Made by a program: the position numbers and the translations under genes
The notes under the pieces: model-generated
Told to the model about the DNA's origin: nothing
Database searches by the model: none
The model's input: the letters and a program-made list of their open reading frames with translations, nothing else
Source: Acanthaster planci
Taxonomy: Eukaryota
Length of the DNA stretch: 64,000 nucleotides
Reading direction: 5' to 3'
NCBI RefSeq assembly: GCF_001949145.1
Contig: NW_019091359.1
Coordinates: forward strand, 2,394,861-2,458,860
Shown here: positions 1 to 11,286 of the stretch, one piece after another
Position numbering within the stretch: the stretch's first letter is position 1
Layout: the number at the start of each line of letters is the position of its first letter

Positions 1-3000
1 GTGACGTCACCACTAGAGGCGCGTACAGGTTTCTACGGGCCATTGAAAATAATTTGCGTGATGTTGCTCATTGATTTGCTGTCCTGCATTGACTAAACAA
101 TGAAACACTACAGAAAATGCGCTAAGCTTCAACAAATTATGCTGAACCAGTTGCAGCACAGAAACTTCTGCTTAGTAAACAAATTAATTCATGAATATCA
201 TGAATATGGATACTAAATACTAGCATACCAAGACTAACAGACGCAGTTGCTGTACTATGTCAAGGATTTGTTGGATATGAATATGGAAACACACATTGGC
301 ATTAAAACCAGCAACGCTCCTCCAGAAAATTTAGGGCTACCTTTAGCTGGAAAGCTGAAGAGAAATCTACAAAATTGAATTTAAAAATTCTTTCAATGTT
401 TTCTAAATTTCCGTTTTGATTTTGGAAACGCTTGACAAAATTAAAGTGGAAATTCCCTAAGCATTTTAAAGCCGCCACTGCTGCTAAATCACAACTGACT
501 GAGCTTTTCCATCTCATTAGTCAAGTATTTGTTGTATTACCAATAGAGAAATCATTCCTTGGCATTCTATTTTTTCAGTAATTATGTGTTGTTGAAAATT
601 GCAGAAATTGACGATTGTGCATCAAACTTACTTGACAGCCAGATACACGACGATAGTAACCACAAGGGAGACAATGGAAACACCGCATCCGATTTTACTT
701 ATTAGATCCAAGGCTAAGCTGGAGTATTGACCGTGAATATCCTAAAAGAAAAACAGAGACACTCTCAGTTGTTTCGTATCTTAACCTACTGAAACAATCT
801 CAATCATGAATTGCAAGGATTAGGAGAAACTGATTTTGTTTAATTCTTGGGATTTTAAAGACTTTGTGGATAAAATTAATTTCGAAACTATAAATTTCAG
901 ACGCCCCTTTTGACAAGCATCTTCACATTTTGGGGGGTATTAAGGCTCGTCAGTGAAACACAACAATTTAAAAAACAAGGTGATTATTTTTTTTATACTT
1001 TACCACAAGTACGGCAAAGCTGGTAGCGAGGTTGCAATGACACGCCGTCCGTCCGTCACCCGAGCGGGCTTGTTTGCAGCCCGCTGTCGACCAATCACCG
1101 ATTCCATCTTCAAGACGAAAGTCCCAGAACACACATGATAGACTTTCTTTAATTTTGTCAGATTTCTGGCTTATCTATGAAAGAAGTTTGGAAAATTGTC
1201 TCGAGATGAAATAAAGTCATGGAGTTTGTCCATTCAACAGGAAATTTCTTTTTCCCCGGAAAGTTCAAAACATTTTCCAGGCTTTTCGGGAAAGGGCCCT
1301 CAACTTTCCTGTATGGTAAAAAAACCCACTCTTTTTCAAATAGATTTCTTTTAAAGACACATTTTCAAACAAAGCCCCTCCCCATTACAATAATTACTGT
1401 CATTGGCCCTGTGGTTGATTAATGGTATGCTTGACATATTTTGCGTCAACAGTAAGCATGGAAACCCCTGTACATCATGACCGGGAGCTTAATGATATCG
1501 TAGCAACAGCGCCCTCACTTCCTTGGAAAAGCATGCGAAACTTTGAATGTTTAATAATAACCAAAAAGGGATGTTGAACAGTTTTTAAAATATATTTAGG
1601 AGAGTGTAAAGCTGCATTAAAACATTTAAAGCTGAAGAATATATCACGGAAACGAAATCGTGGATAAAGCTCATTTGCATAAAATTATTTATTTAACAGA
1701 GTTTCTATTTGCCCGAATTTTGAAAGGGCTTGGGCTCTTAAGCGGTCTAGTTAACACAAAACAGCCAGACACACACTACCCCNNNNNNNNNNNNNNNNNN
1801 NNNNNNNNNNNNNNNNNNNNNNNNNNNNNNNNNNNNNNNNNNNNNNNNNNNNNNNNNNNNNNNNNNNNNNNNNNNNNNNNNNNNNNNNNNNNNNNNNNNN
1901 NNNNNNNNNNNNNNNNNNNNNNNNNNNNNNNNNNNNNNNNNNNNNNNNNNNNNNNNNNNNNNNNNNNNNNNNNNNNNNNNNNNNNNNNNNNNNNNNNNNN
2001 NNNNNNNNNNNNNNNNNNNNNNNNNNNNNNNNNNNNNNNNNNNNNNNNNNNNNNNNNNNNNNNNNNNNNNNNNNNNNNNNNNNNNNNNNNNNNNNNNNNN
2101 NNNNNNNNNNNNNNNNNNNNNNNNNNNNNNNNNNNNNNNNNNNNNNNNNNNNNNNNNNNNNNNNNNNNNNNNNNNNNNNNNNNNNNNNNNNNNNNNNNNN
2201 NNNNNNNNNNNNNNNNNNNNNNNNNNNNNNNNNNNNNNNNNNNNNNNNNNNNNNNNNNNNNNNNNNNNNNNNNNNNNNNNNNNNNNNNNNNNNNNNNNNN
2301 NNNNNNNNNNNNNNNNNNNNNNNNNNNNNNNNNNNNNNNNNNNNNNNNNNNNNNNNNNNNNNNNNNNNNNNNNNNNNNNNNNNNNNNNNNNNNNNNNNNN
2401 NNNNNNNNNNNNNNNNNNNNNNNNNNNNNNNNNNNNNNNNNNNNNNNNNNNNNNNNNNNNNNNNNNNNNNNNNNNNNNNNNNNNNNNNNNNNNNNNNNNN
2501 NNNNNNNNNNNNNNNNNNNNNNNNNNNNNNNNNNNNNNNNNNNNNNNNNNNNNNNNNNNNNNNNNNNNNNNNNNNNNNNTTCGTGGGTGTTGTAGTTGCT
2601 ATGTTGAATGTGGTAGTTGCTTGTGTGGTTTCCTTTACTGTACTGACAAAGGTTTCTGTTGTTTCACTAGGAAAGGTTGAAGCCACCGGAGCTGTAGGTT
2701 CAGTTGTTCCAGTTTGACTTTGTTGGGTTCCACCAAATGTTGCATTCTCTAGGGTTGTTGCACTGTCCCCAATCAATATGGTGGTAGCCTGCAAGTCTGT
2801 GATTTGCACGGTTGAACTGACCGCTGATCCTAATGATGTCGTCACGGTGTTTATGTTGGAGATCGTGGTTTGAGCTGATGGAGTGACATTAGTTATGCTT
2901 GCCGATGACAGTGCGACCGAGGTCTGAATGGTTGTGGCTAGTTCCTCGGTTGTACTTTCCAAAGTTTTTGTCCTTGTAGCGGTGGTGATGCTCATAACTG

Positions 3001-3314
3001 AAGGTGTAATTTTAATTAGCTGTGTTCTCTGTCGATGTGGTGGTTTCCATAAAGACTAACGTGGTATCCTGAACTATCGTGGTTTCCTCGGTTGTGATGT
3101 CGATAGTTTCCGTTGTCTCAGAAGCTGATGTGGTCTCATATTTGGAAGTGGTGAGATCATTTAGAGGGGTTTGAATTGGGATGGTTGCACCGGACGTCGT
3201 GAGACTTTCTGCCGATGAGGAAGCGGCTTGGCTGGTCAGAATAGTGGTTGCTGGGCCCACCGTGAATACCAGCGTTGTTTCACCTGATAGTGATGTCTGA
3301 GACATGGTTGCAAC
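1..3314 (-). pseudogene. Decayed partial duplicate of the adhesion GPCR (mucin exon fragment, GPS exon 1004-1174, TM1 exon 632-741); continues beyond the left edge of the window
   Basis: Colinear near-identical match of about 59-3314 to 18222-25618. Lesions: deletion at 1436 equal to 19591-23616 of the intact copy (five HRM/GAIN exons lost); 4-bp insertion near 3012 that frameshifts the mucin exon; GPS CNHAT changed to CNLAT; 5' truncation at 3314 with no signal-peptide exon. Confidence 0.85.
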
Positions 3315-3944
3315 TCTCCAAATTAGACATGACTTTAGTTGCAGGTTGGCTCACAGAAGTCTTTTAAACAGTAACGTTACTTGTTAGCCCCATAAATAAT
3401 GCTGATGTGCTGGACAACCTGTTCTCATTGGTCAATCCTCCATGGCATACACACCCACAAAAACGAACACGTCATATTTTCTGAAACTTAAACCAAGTGG
3501 TAATTGCCCCTTAACAATACATTTAATAAACTGTTTGTTATCCACAGCACGTCAAGTATTTCTGGATTTCAAGGTGAAATTGGGAGGACAAGATGGAATA
3601 TCTGTATCGGTTGGCAGATTTCTTCCTGGAATTTGATCAAAACAAGTCGGCACATTTTTACAGTATGCAAATTAGAATAACACTGCGGATAAGTTGGCCG
3701 GAACATTTTTGCTGAAAACGTTTTTCCCAAAAAACACTTGGTTGAATTCTCAGAGAGGCGATATTTTCTTGTCAAGGGGCAGGGGTAGTCTAGCATTATT
3801 GGAATTAATGTGACTAGTATATGCTTTGCAGGTGGGATTTGTACTTGAATTATTCGGAAAAGATCTTTAGAAGTGAATGGAATCATCACATTGTCATTTG
3901 TTAAACCCCGGCTTTCGCAAGTCCTATGCAACTCATTTCATGGC

Positions 3945-4260
3945 CGACGGACGACGCACGATGAGCGACGGGCGACGCACGACGGGCGANNNNNNNNNNN
4001 NNNNNNNNNNNNNNNNNNNNNNNNNNNNNNNNNNNNNNNNNNNNNNNNNNNNNNNNNNNNNNNNNNNNNNNNNNNNNNNNNNNNNNNNNNNNNNNNNNNN
4101 NNNNNNNNNNNNNNNNNNNNNNNNNNNNNNNNNNNNNNNNNNNNNNNNNNNNNNNNNNNNNNNNNNNNNNNNNNNNNNNNNNNNNNNNNNNNNNNNNNNN
4201 NNNNNNNNNNNNNNNNNNNNNNNNNNNNNNNNNNNNNNNNNNNNNNGACGGGCGACGGCA
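3945..4260. repeat. CpG-rich 7-bp tandem repeat (CGACGGG/CGACGCA variants), mostly inside N gap 3990-4246
   Basis: cgacgga cgacgca cgatgag cgacggg cgacgca cgacggg left of the gap, and gacggg cgacggc right of it. Confidence 0.75.
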
Positions 4261-4417
4261 GATATGGAATTCCATAGTGTAGCGCGTTTCCTGTAATAAT
4301 GCCACTACGGTGGGTCTCGTGTGTCGGTGGAGGTAATAATAGCACTGATGCTTTGTTCACGTGATACAACGCCCCGGTCAGTTCCCCGCCAAGCATTAGG
4401 GCGTTGGTTCCTAGTCA

Positions 4418-7400
4418 ATGACCATGGCGGCAAGCGACGAGCCCAGTTACGACAGAATGGATATTTTCCCGACCTCAAGGGGTCACCCAAGACGCAGTGC
4501 TCTTTGCCACGACGTCATGGTCGTTGTGATCGGGATTGTGGCCATCGTTGCCCTGGTGTTCTCGGCAATTGCCTTGTCTCGCCCGGGAACGACGGAAGTA
4601 CAGCTTGACGGTGTGGCAGTAGGTACGTGAATACCGTAGGCCAACACGTGCGTTAGCAGCTGCACAGTGTAAGAAATTAAGATTGGGTACATTTACATGC
4701 TTACATGTTAAAAGTCAAAGCCCAGTGCACAGTGTAGCATATGCAGCAAGGTATGAGACGGAGAGAACCCCCACCCCTGCTTTGTGTTGGTCATTGTCTC
4801 GCAAGAATCTGGGGAGTTCCTTTCAGACATCTTGGGGGATGTGTTAAGTAACAATAGTCTGGAATGTGTATAGGGATTGGACATGTTCAGAGGGCTACCC
4901 CTCGGTCTCATTTCTTGATGGGTATACAGTGGGGGGTAAATACCCACCCACCCGCCGGGGGCACAACTGTTCCAGTGGGTATCGCCGATGAACTGTAGTT
5001 TGTACATTATTGTTGCGTGTATTTCAAGATCTCAAGTAATGGGGAGGTTTTTACTCAGCGGTGTGGGCCTAATTCCAAACGCATTCGGAGTTGCGCGTGG
5101 AAACCCTTGATCCCTCTCCATGGATAATTACAGTATGCTTGCAGTGACTTTCTATGTTATCTGCTACAGTGCTAAAGGTCATTTTTAAATTGGCCATCAG
5201 TAACCGCCCAGCAACTGCATTTGATGGACGCTAACTGTACCGTGTAGATGACTTGATTCATAAAAGTCAACTTCATGTACAGTGGTGTATATATTGCGTG
5301 ACTGTTTAGCCAGTCGCCTGCCTGGGGTCACGTACGTTTAGTGGGCCCTGTGCAGGCTGTGCTTGCATATCGGTGGTGACCTATGTGAGGGATCGGTCCT
5401 GCCACTTCCCTTGAAGACCTTGTGTGTGAATAATTGCTAAGAATCTATCAAATGGTGATATTTAATAGCTTCTGGTAAGAAAGATCTCCGAAAAATAATC
5501 AAACTCAAAGAAGTGGAAAATGCCACTTTTACGCCAAAAGATAATTATGAAAAAAATTATCGCGTTTTTTTAATTTGTGTCTAATTTTCACTATTTTGCC
5601 GGGCTTATCTTCAAGTGACTTTGATACCACATGAAGGACTAGTAACTCTTATGATCAAAAAGTTTATTACTTCAAGTCAGAAAACCTTTTTATGAAGTTC
5701 ACTTCGTTTTTCATTGGGACCCATTTTCCGTGTTTTTCTCCTTACTTAGCGCCAAATTTTCACACTTTTGTCGAATTCCCCTCAGATCATTGATGACACT
5801 GTCTGGAAGACTGATGAATCGTTTGTATCCATCAGTTCATTTCTTCAAGACTGAGATCCATTCGTCTGAAAAGCGGTTCGTTTTCATGCGGATTTCAATT
5901 TTCGTACTGAGTCCGACATGTCCAACAGCGATCAAAAATGAGATGTCCGGATTTGGGGCATGGCATACACGTACACGCACACACACCAAGATATAGATGC
6001 GAGTGCGTTTCGGGTTGACTTTTACTGCATGGCACTAATGCGTATAATGACGTCAAATTGCCCCACTAAAAAGCACCAACCGTTTACTTCCCGTTCTCAT
6101 TCATGCGGTTTCCTTCTTGCATGGTACTTTCTCATTAGAACGTCCATGATATTTGTCACTATTCAAAAGTAGAGAAATATCAAGGAAAACCCCACACAAT
6201 TAGAAAATATCCCCTGTAAAATGTTGGCTTCACTTCTAACTTCTGACTCTGTTACTTTGGAGGTACGTGAGATATACGGACAAAAATTTGGCAGAAAATG
6301 GATTTTTATTCTGTGCAAGTTAGCAAAAAGGACTTTGAGTGTTTAAGTACTAATCGGTATGGGGCAAACAACTATATCCGAGCTTGATGTTGATCAATTC
6401 TTTTTGGGGTCCACCTGTCCGAGTCAGAGACATTTTACTGGCTTCTGGCCGTAGTGGGATTCAGTACGCATGCGCACCAACGAAGTGAGGGGCGCGGCAC
6501 GAACAACGTGAGGTCCCTTATTTCGCCCCTATTTTGTCAAGCCTGATTGGTTTTCAGAGTAAGTGGCGAAATAAGGGACCTGGCAACTATACATGTACAT
6601 GTATACGGTCACGCATGGCATGTATTTACCAAGGTGGAACGTTATTGTCGTCACTGTTGTCTTTGGCAGGTTCTAGCCTAGCAAAAGATGACAAAATATG
6701 GATATTTGCGATTGGCCACGATGGTACCAACGTGGAGTATTTGTAAGTGCATGCTTTCACAATACATTTGTGTATACCCAAGACACACCCCCATTAGATA
6801 CTTCCAAGGTACCCACTCCACAATTGATAGTACACTGTACATGTATTCACTGTTCATGTAAGTCGGTCATGTCATTTAGAGTATTTTCATTACGACAGAT
6901 TTTTTTTCTTGCTTTCACTGACAGTGACAAAACGACTGGAACATTGAGGGGGTTCCATGTTGACATTGTTGACGCCGGTAAGTAAACAGGTGACAACAGC
7001 GATAACTAAAGCGACTGGTGGTCATTTAAGGAGGATCCAGAACCCAATTTTCTGGGGAGGGGATTATTTTTTTTTATTCCTGTGTATAACCTTTAATTCT
7101 ACGTGTTAGGGGTGAGGCTAAATTTTGGAGCTTTGATACACTTTTAGAGATAAGGGAAATAAAACATCCCTAAATGTCCTTTCTCTCACTATTCAAACAA
7201 TCGGGGAGGCAGTGGTGCGGCCTCAATAGCCAGTTCGGTACTTCAAAAAGACAAGGTTTGTTCGGGAATAAAGCACGCGCGTCACGGTGAGTTGGCATAT
7301 ATATGGCTGTGCTTATAGGACAGACAATCGCACACTGGTATACTGCTATATTGTTCCTGCATGACCTCTAGCCACGCTTACAGCTTTGGGCGCGCCCTGT

Positions 7401-10400
7401 TGGTGCGTTCGATTAGCTTCCCTGAATACACCAGTGTTACACTCGAGGGAAACCTCGAAATGAGGGTAATCGAACGCTGCAGTGTACTCGCCAAGTCATT
7501 CTTGGAAAAAGGTCAAGGCCCCGCCACGTTCCATCATGTAAGTCTATGCACGAACAGTCCATCCGTGACGTCATTACACTCGGGCAGCCTCCAGAGACCC
7601 GCTCGCCAGCTGGGGGTAGCAGTGGCTGACATCAGGGCAGGCACGAGAATCACGTGATGGCTCAACGAACGCTCTCGTGTAAGTTTGACTGACATGTGTA
7701 AGCTAATCGAACGCACCCACTGTCTCATCGGCCGCGTCCCTGGATCTGCCATTGGTTATCACAGTGCTGTTGACGATGTTGATTGTGTTCATTATTCGCC
7801 TTGAGCAGAAACGTTTACCCCCTCATCGGTTAAAAAGAGCCATGTTGGTTTGGAGGGTTGGGACTGTTCATTTTTGTTGTTTGATGATGCGACAGCAACG
7901 TGTCAATTTTATGGTCGTTTTTTGAAACCAGCGCGGTGCAGTTCCCACAAAAGAGCCTTCGTTGCTAGCAAACTTGGGCCCTCTCTTGGTCCAGCTCGGG
8001 ACTCATGGTATACTGACGAAAAAAGGCAAAGGACAATACGGTTGCGAAACCGGGAACTCGACTCTGTATACATATAATCTCTTTCAAATCACTGGTTTCT
8101 ATTTAGTGTGCCAAATGGCTGATAAAAATTGCCGGTTGATGTGGGATGCCTATGAAAACTGCTACACCTCAGACGAGGGGGAGTTGCCACGCCCTGGACA
8201 GGGACTGATTGGTCGTTGGTACGATGCATGCACTGGTAAGCATGCGGCCTCCTTACTTTGCTCTTGTGCATGCACATCAAGTTTTGCCCATCAGGAGTAA
8301 GTTATAGATAAGATTCTTATTTCCTGTGTTAAACTTACACCAAGCGACAGATCAAACCAACCAACACTTTGCTTTTCAGCATTTTGCAAAATCTAAAGAA
8401 GCGTCTATTCGCATAAAATTGATTAGAACAATCGGTCAAAGGTCGCAGACACCATTTTAGACAGAAAGGGTCTTCAAATCACGCACACTTTGACCAGACC
8501 AACTAATAGCAGTAACGTTACGCCTTACCAAAGGTATTGAAATATACATGACAAGGACACGATTGGTTAAATCTAGTCGTGTTTTGTTGAGTAGATATTC
8601 AAAACTGAATAAGACCCATTAGAGATCGCTGGGAGCATTCATGCGTGACGGGAAATGAATCAGACCACACAATATTGTAAGGTCTGCCCCCACTTGTGTT
8701 CTTAGCCTCACTGAAAATATTTCTATCCCCGGAATGATTGTCTCCAAGGCTGGTTTGCCACCCCTGAGCGCTCGGCGTCTGTCTCTTTCACCACGGCATT
8801 CCGTAAACCACTATCAAACGTTTTCTTCGTTAAGAAGGGCAACCCAAGAGGATTCGACGAATCTAACATCTCGGGCAAGAAAATTGCCTTCATCGACGGC
8901 TCCGCGACCAGTGAATTTTGTCTCCACCATGCTGGATATACCGTAAGACCAAAAAACTATAGTCCATCGAAAACACGCTTAACACAGAGCGTTTGTTCCG
9001 TGTACAGGTGACATAACACGCTAATCATGAAGGTCTGTATTTCATCTGGCGAGATGCCAAGTGTTAATATGAATTCCATCTGCTTGGCTCTCGGAGCATG
9101 TTATTTAACATAATGGCATCCTCTAGTACTTGTGTTTTCTCGACTCTGCATACCACAACATTTTTCATGTCTTGTAGAACTCGTTTTTGAGTCATTCTTT
9201 TTTCTTCTTCAAGGAGGAACAACTGACACCTGACCAAATCTTCCACTTCAAAAGCAAGAAAAGTTTGGTGAACGCTGTTAATAATGATCTGGTAAGCTAA
9301 ACGCGAATGATGCTGATGCACATGTTCATCTCTTGAGGTCAATCTTAATTTGGTTCCAGAAGGGGTGCACTTGGGCGAGCACTTTAGTTTTCTCCTCGTC
9401 ACTGTAAATACAAGTGTAAATGTTTTAACGCCTTTCAACCGCCTTTCAGGTAAACACTTCATGAACGTGTTGTAACCTAGGCCTATGCGGTTTGCAGTGT
9501 TTGAGCAGATGAGACCGACGTTTCCATGATTGTGGCTGAGTTTGTGCAAACCAGTTCTCGATTGGTGCCGGCGATCCAGATTTGTGTGAAACAAACAGGC
9601 CCATATTGTGTTGTATGACCACTGGATCACTGTGTATGTTAAATAAGGCGAAAGCATTCATAGCCATCTCATTCGAGCGCATTCCTGTTGAAGCTGTAAA
9701 TGATTAATGACTTCCCTTATACAATTGAGATTGCCTTCCTTTTCCACAGGTGGATGCTGCTTTTTGCAATACCCAATACTTCAATCTGGATGAGGATTTA
9801 CAGGTTGTGGGTGACCCAATTACAAGCTGCATGAAAGGAGGCGCCGGCATGATGGTCCGTAAAGACAGCCGGCTGCCAGATTGGTGGAACCCGGCCTTTG
9901 AACAGCTCAAACTGTCGTCGGAGTACCAGCGAATCTGCGATCGAGTTACCGAAGTGCACGGTGAGTACATGTACCTGGTTGACTGTTGGTGCCTTTGCCC
10001 AGCAAAGGCAAACACATTGAACGTTGTTGCTATCTTCGGTAGCCCCATATCGTTGGTTTCGTTTAATTCACCATTTTGTTCCATAGTTTCACCGTTCTGT
10101 CCCTGGTTTCGTTTGGTAGTTTCATCATTCTATTTGTCGAATTCGACATTCAATTCGCCAATTTCATCATCCAACTCGTCATTTGCTTTGTTCTATTCGG
10201 CAATTTCACTTTTTCATGATTTGTTAATTCATTTTGCCTTATTTGCCCGAACATGTCGTGAAAAATTGTTTCATTCCGCGAAAGCATAATTTTGCTTTGG
10301 ATTTTTTCTCTTGAAAGTATTCGATTCCATGCGTTGGCACAGCTACTCGATTTTACGTGTACATGTAATAAAATTGTACACGGCAAACTTTCCTTCCATT

Positions 10401-11286
10401 CTACAAAACGTATTATTCTTTTCGGCAAATTCGTTGTTCTTTGCTGCATCAGTCCTTTTGATTGAAGAGACTTTTTGACCGTACCGGGTCAATCTGAAAT
10501 TCTGAGCGCACGAGGAAGCCTCGAATAGCGACTAGACATGGATTTGGTTTGGTATTCTGCACAGTCGACAGAATAGAACTTGCTAAATGGAAAGGTTATG
10601 TTACAGAATAGAATGGTGAAATTGCCAAATAGAAAACTGAAATTTCAAACTTAAACGGTGAAATTGCAAGAAAGAGTGAAATTGACGGGTTTGGTGGAAA
10701 GATGCCTCATTGGCATCGACTAATCTCAAGATGAATGGCTAACCAACCGTTTTACCTAGCAATGAATCGATCTCTATTCGTTGAGATTATAGCCTCGTTT
10801 TGGGTCAACTTCGCCCATTCGCCGATAAAAGATAAATTGATGTGTATTCGGCTTTTCGATAAAACAATAAGACGAAAATGAAAAATATCGGAAATCTTCA
10901 GCTGCCGGAGTGTTCGAGATGAACCCCATGTCGCATACATGTATATGTATACTTTGTTCATACAGAAATTATCTTGGCCGTTCATTTGAGAATACCAGTG
11001 TAATGCACGGTCCACCTCATTCATCAGTCAGGCTTATGTATTTGTAGTTATCTTTCCGTTAACACAATATGGGAAATATTCAACAGGCTCCCTTGTATTG
11101 AGTCCTCGCACTTTGCAACATGTGCAGCATTTGCCTTCGAGCCTTGGTGTTATGTAACCAGACTGCTGAACAAGTTTTGATTTGCTGCTCGCATCAAGAC
11201 GGGGGCCTGTTAAAATTATTACATTCTTATTTCTTTCCGTCTTTTATCTAGATGCATCAGAGAATGGCATTGATTGTGTTGATTGA
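4418..11286 (+). CDS. Type II membrane protein with a stand-alone bacterial family-3 (HisJ/ArgT/GlnH-like) amino-acid solute-binding domain; 8 exons, 325 aa
   Basis: Exons 4418-4622, 6670-6742, 6925-6977, 8107-8235, 8749-8942, 9214-9291, 9750-9960, 11252-11286. All introns are GT-AG and phase-compatible (978 nt). Protein has an N-terminal TM (VMVVVIGIVAIVALVFSAIAL), then EYFDKTTGTLRGFHVDIVDAVCQMADKNC, GWFATPERSASVSFT, ISGKKIAFIDGS, VDAAF, GAGMMVRKDS, WNPAFEQLK, SEYQRIC. AATAAA near 11460. Confidence 0.85.
6511..6581. repeat. Short hairpin / mini-MITE with perfect 17-bp inverted repeat
   Basis: aggtcccttatttcgcc (6511-6527) is the exact reverse complement of ggcgaaataagggacct (6565-6581). Confidence 0.8.
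7402..7717. mobile_element. MITE with perfect 18-bp terminal inverted repeats, in intron 3 of the solute-binding gene
   Basis: ggtgcgttcgattagctt (7402-7419) pairs with aagctaatcgaacgcacc (7700-7717). A partial internal copy of the TIR lies near 7467. No clean TSD. Confidence 0.7.
10050..10690. repeat. Degenerate 21-bp repeat arrays in inverted orientation (foldback-like element)
   Basis: Left units such as tttcatcattctatttgtcga and ttgctttgttctattcggcaa. Right units such as aatggtgaaattgccaaatag are their reverse complement. Confidence 0.55.

Noticed and set aside
1660..2595. Long ORFs running through N gaps (also 3873-4396, 17522-18322, 23856-24932)
   Set aside because: Artifacts of unknown bases being translated as X.
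9064..9657. 197-aa minus-strand ORF
   Set aside because: Lies across introns and exon 6 of the plus-strand gene, with no recognisable motif.
4418..11286. Bacterial contamination as the source of the solute-binding gene
   Set aside because: It has seven phase-compatible GT-AG introns containing host MITE families and is flanked by animal genes.
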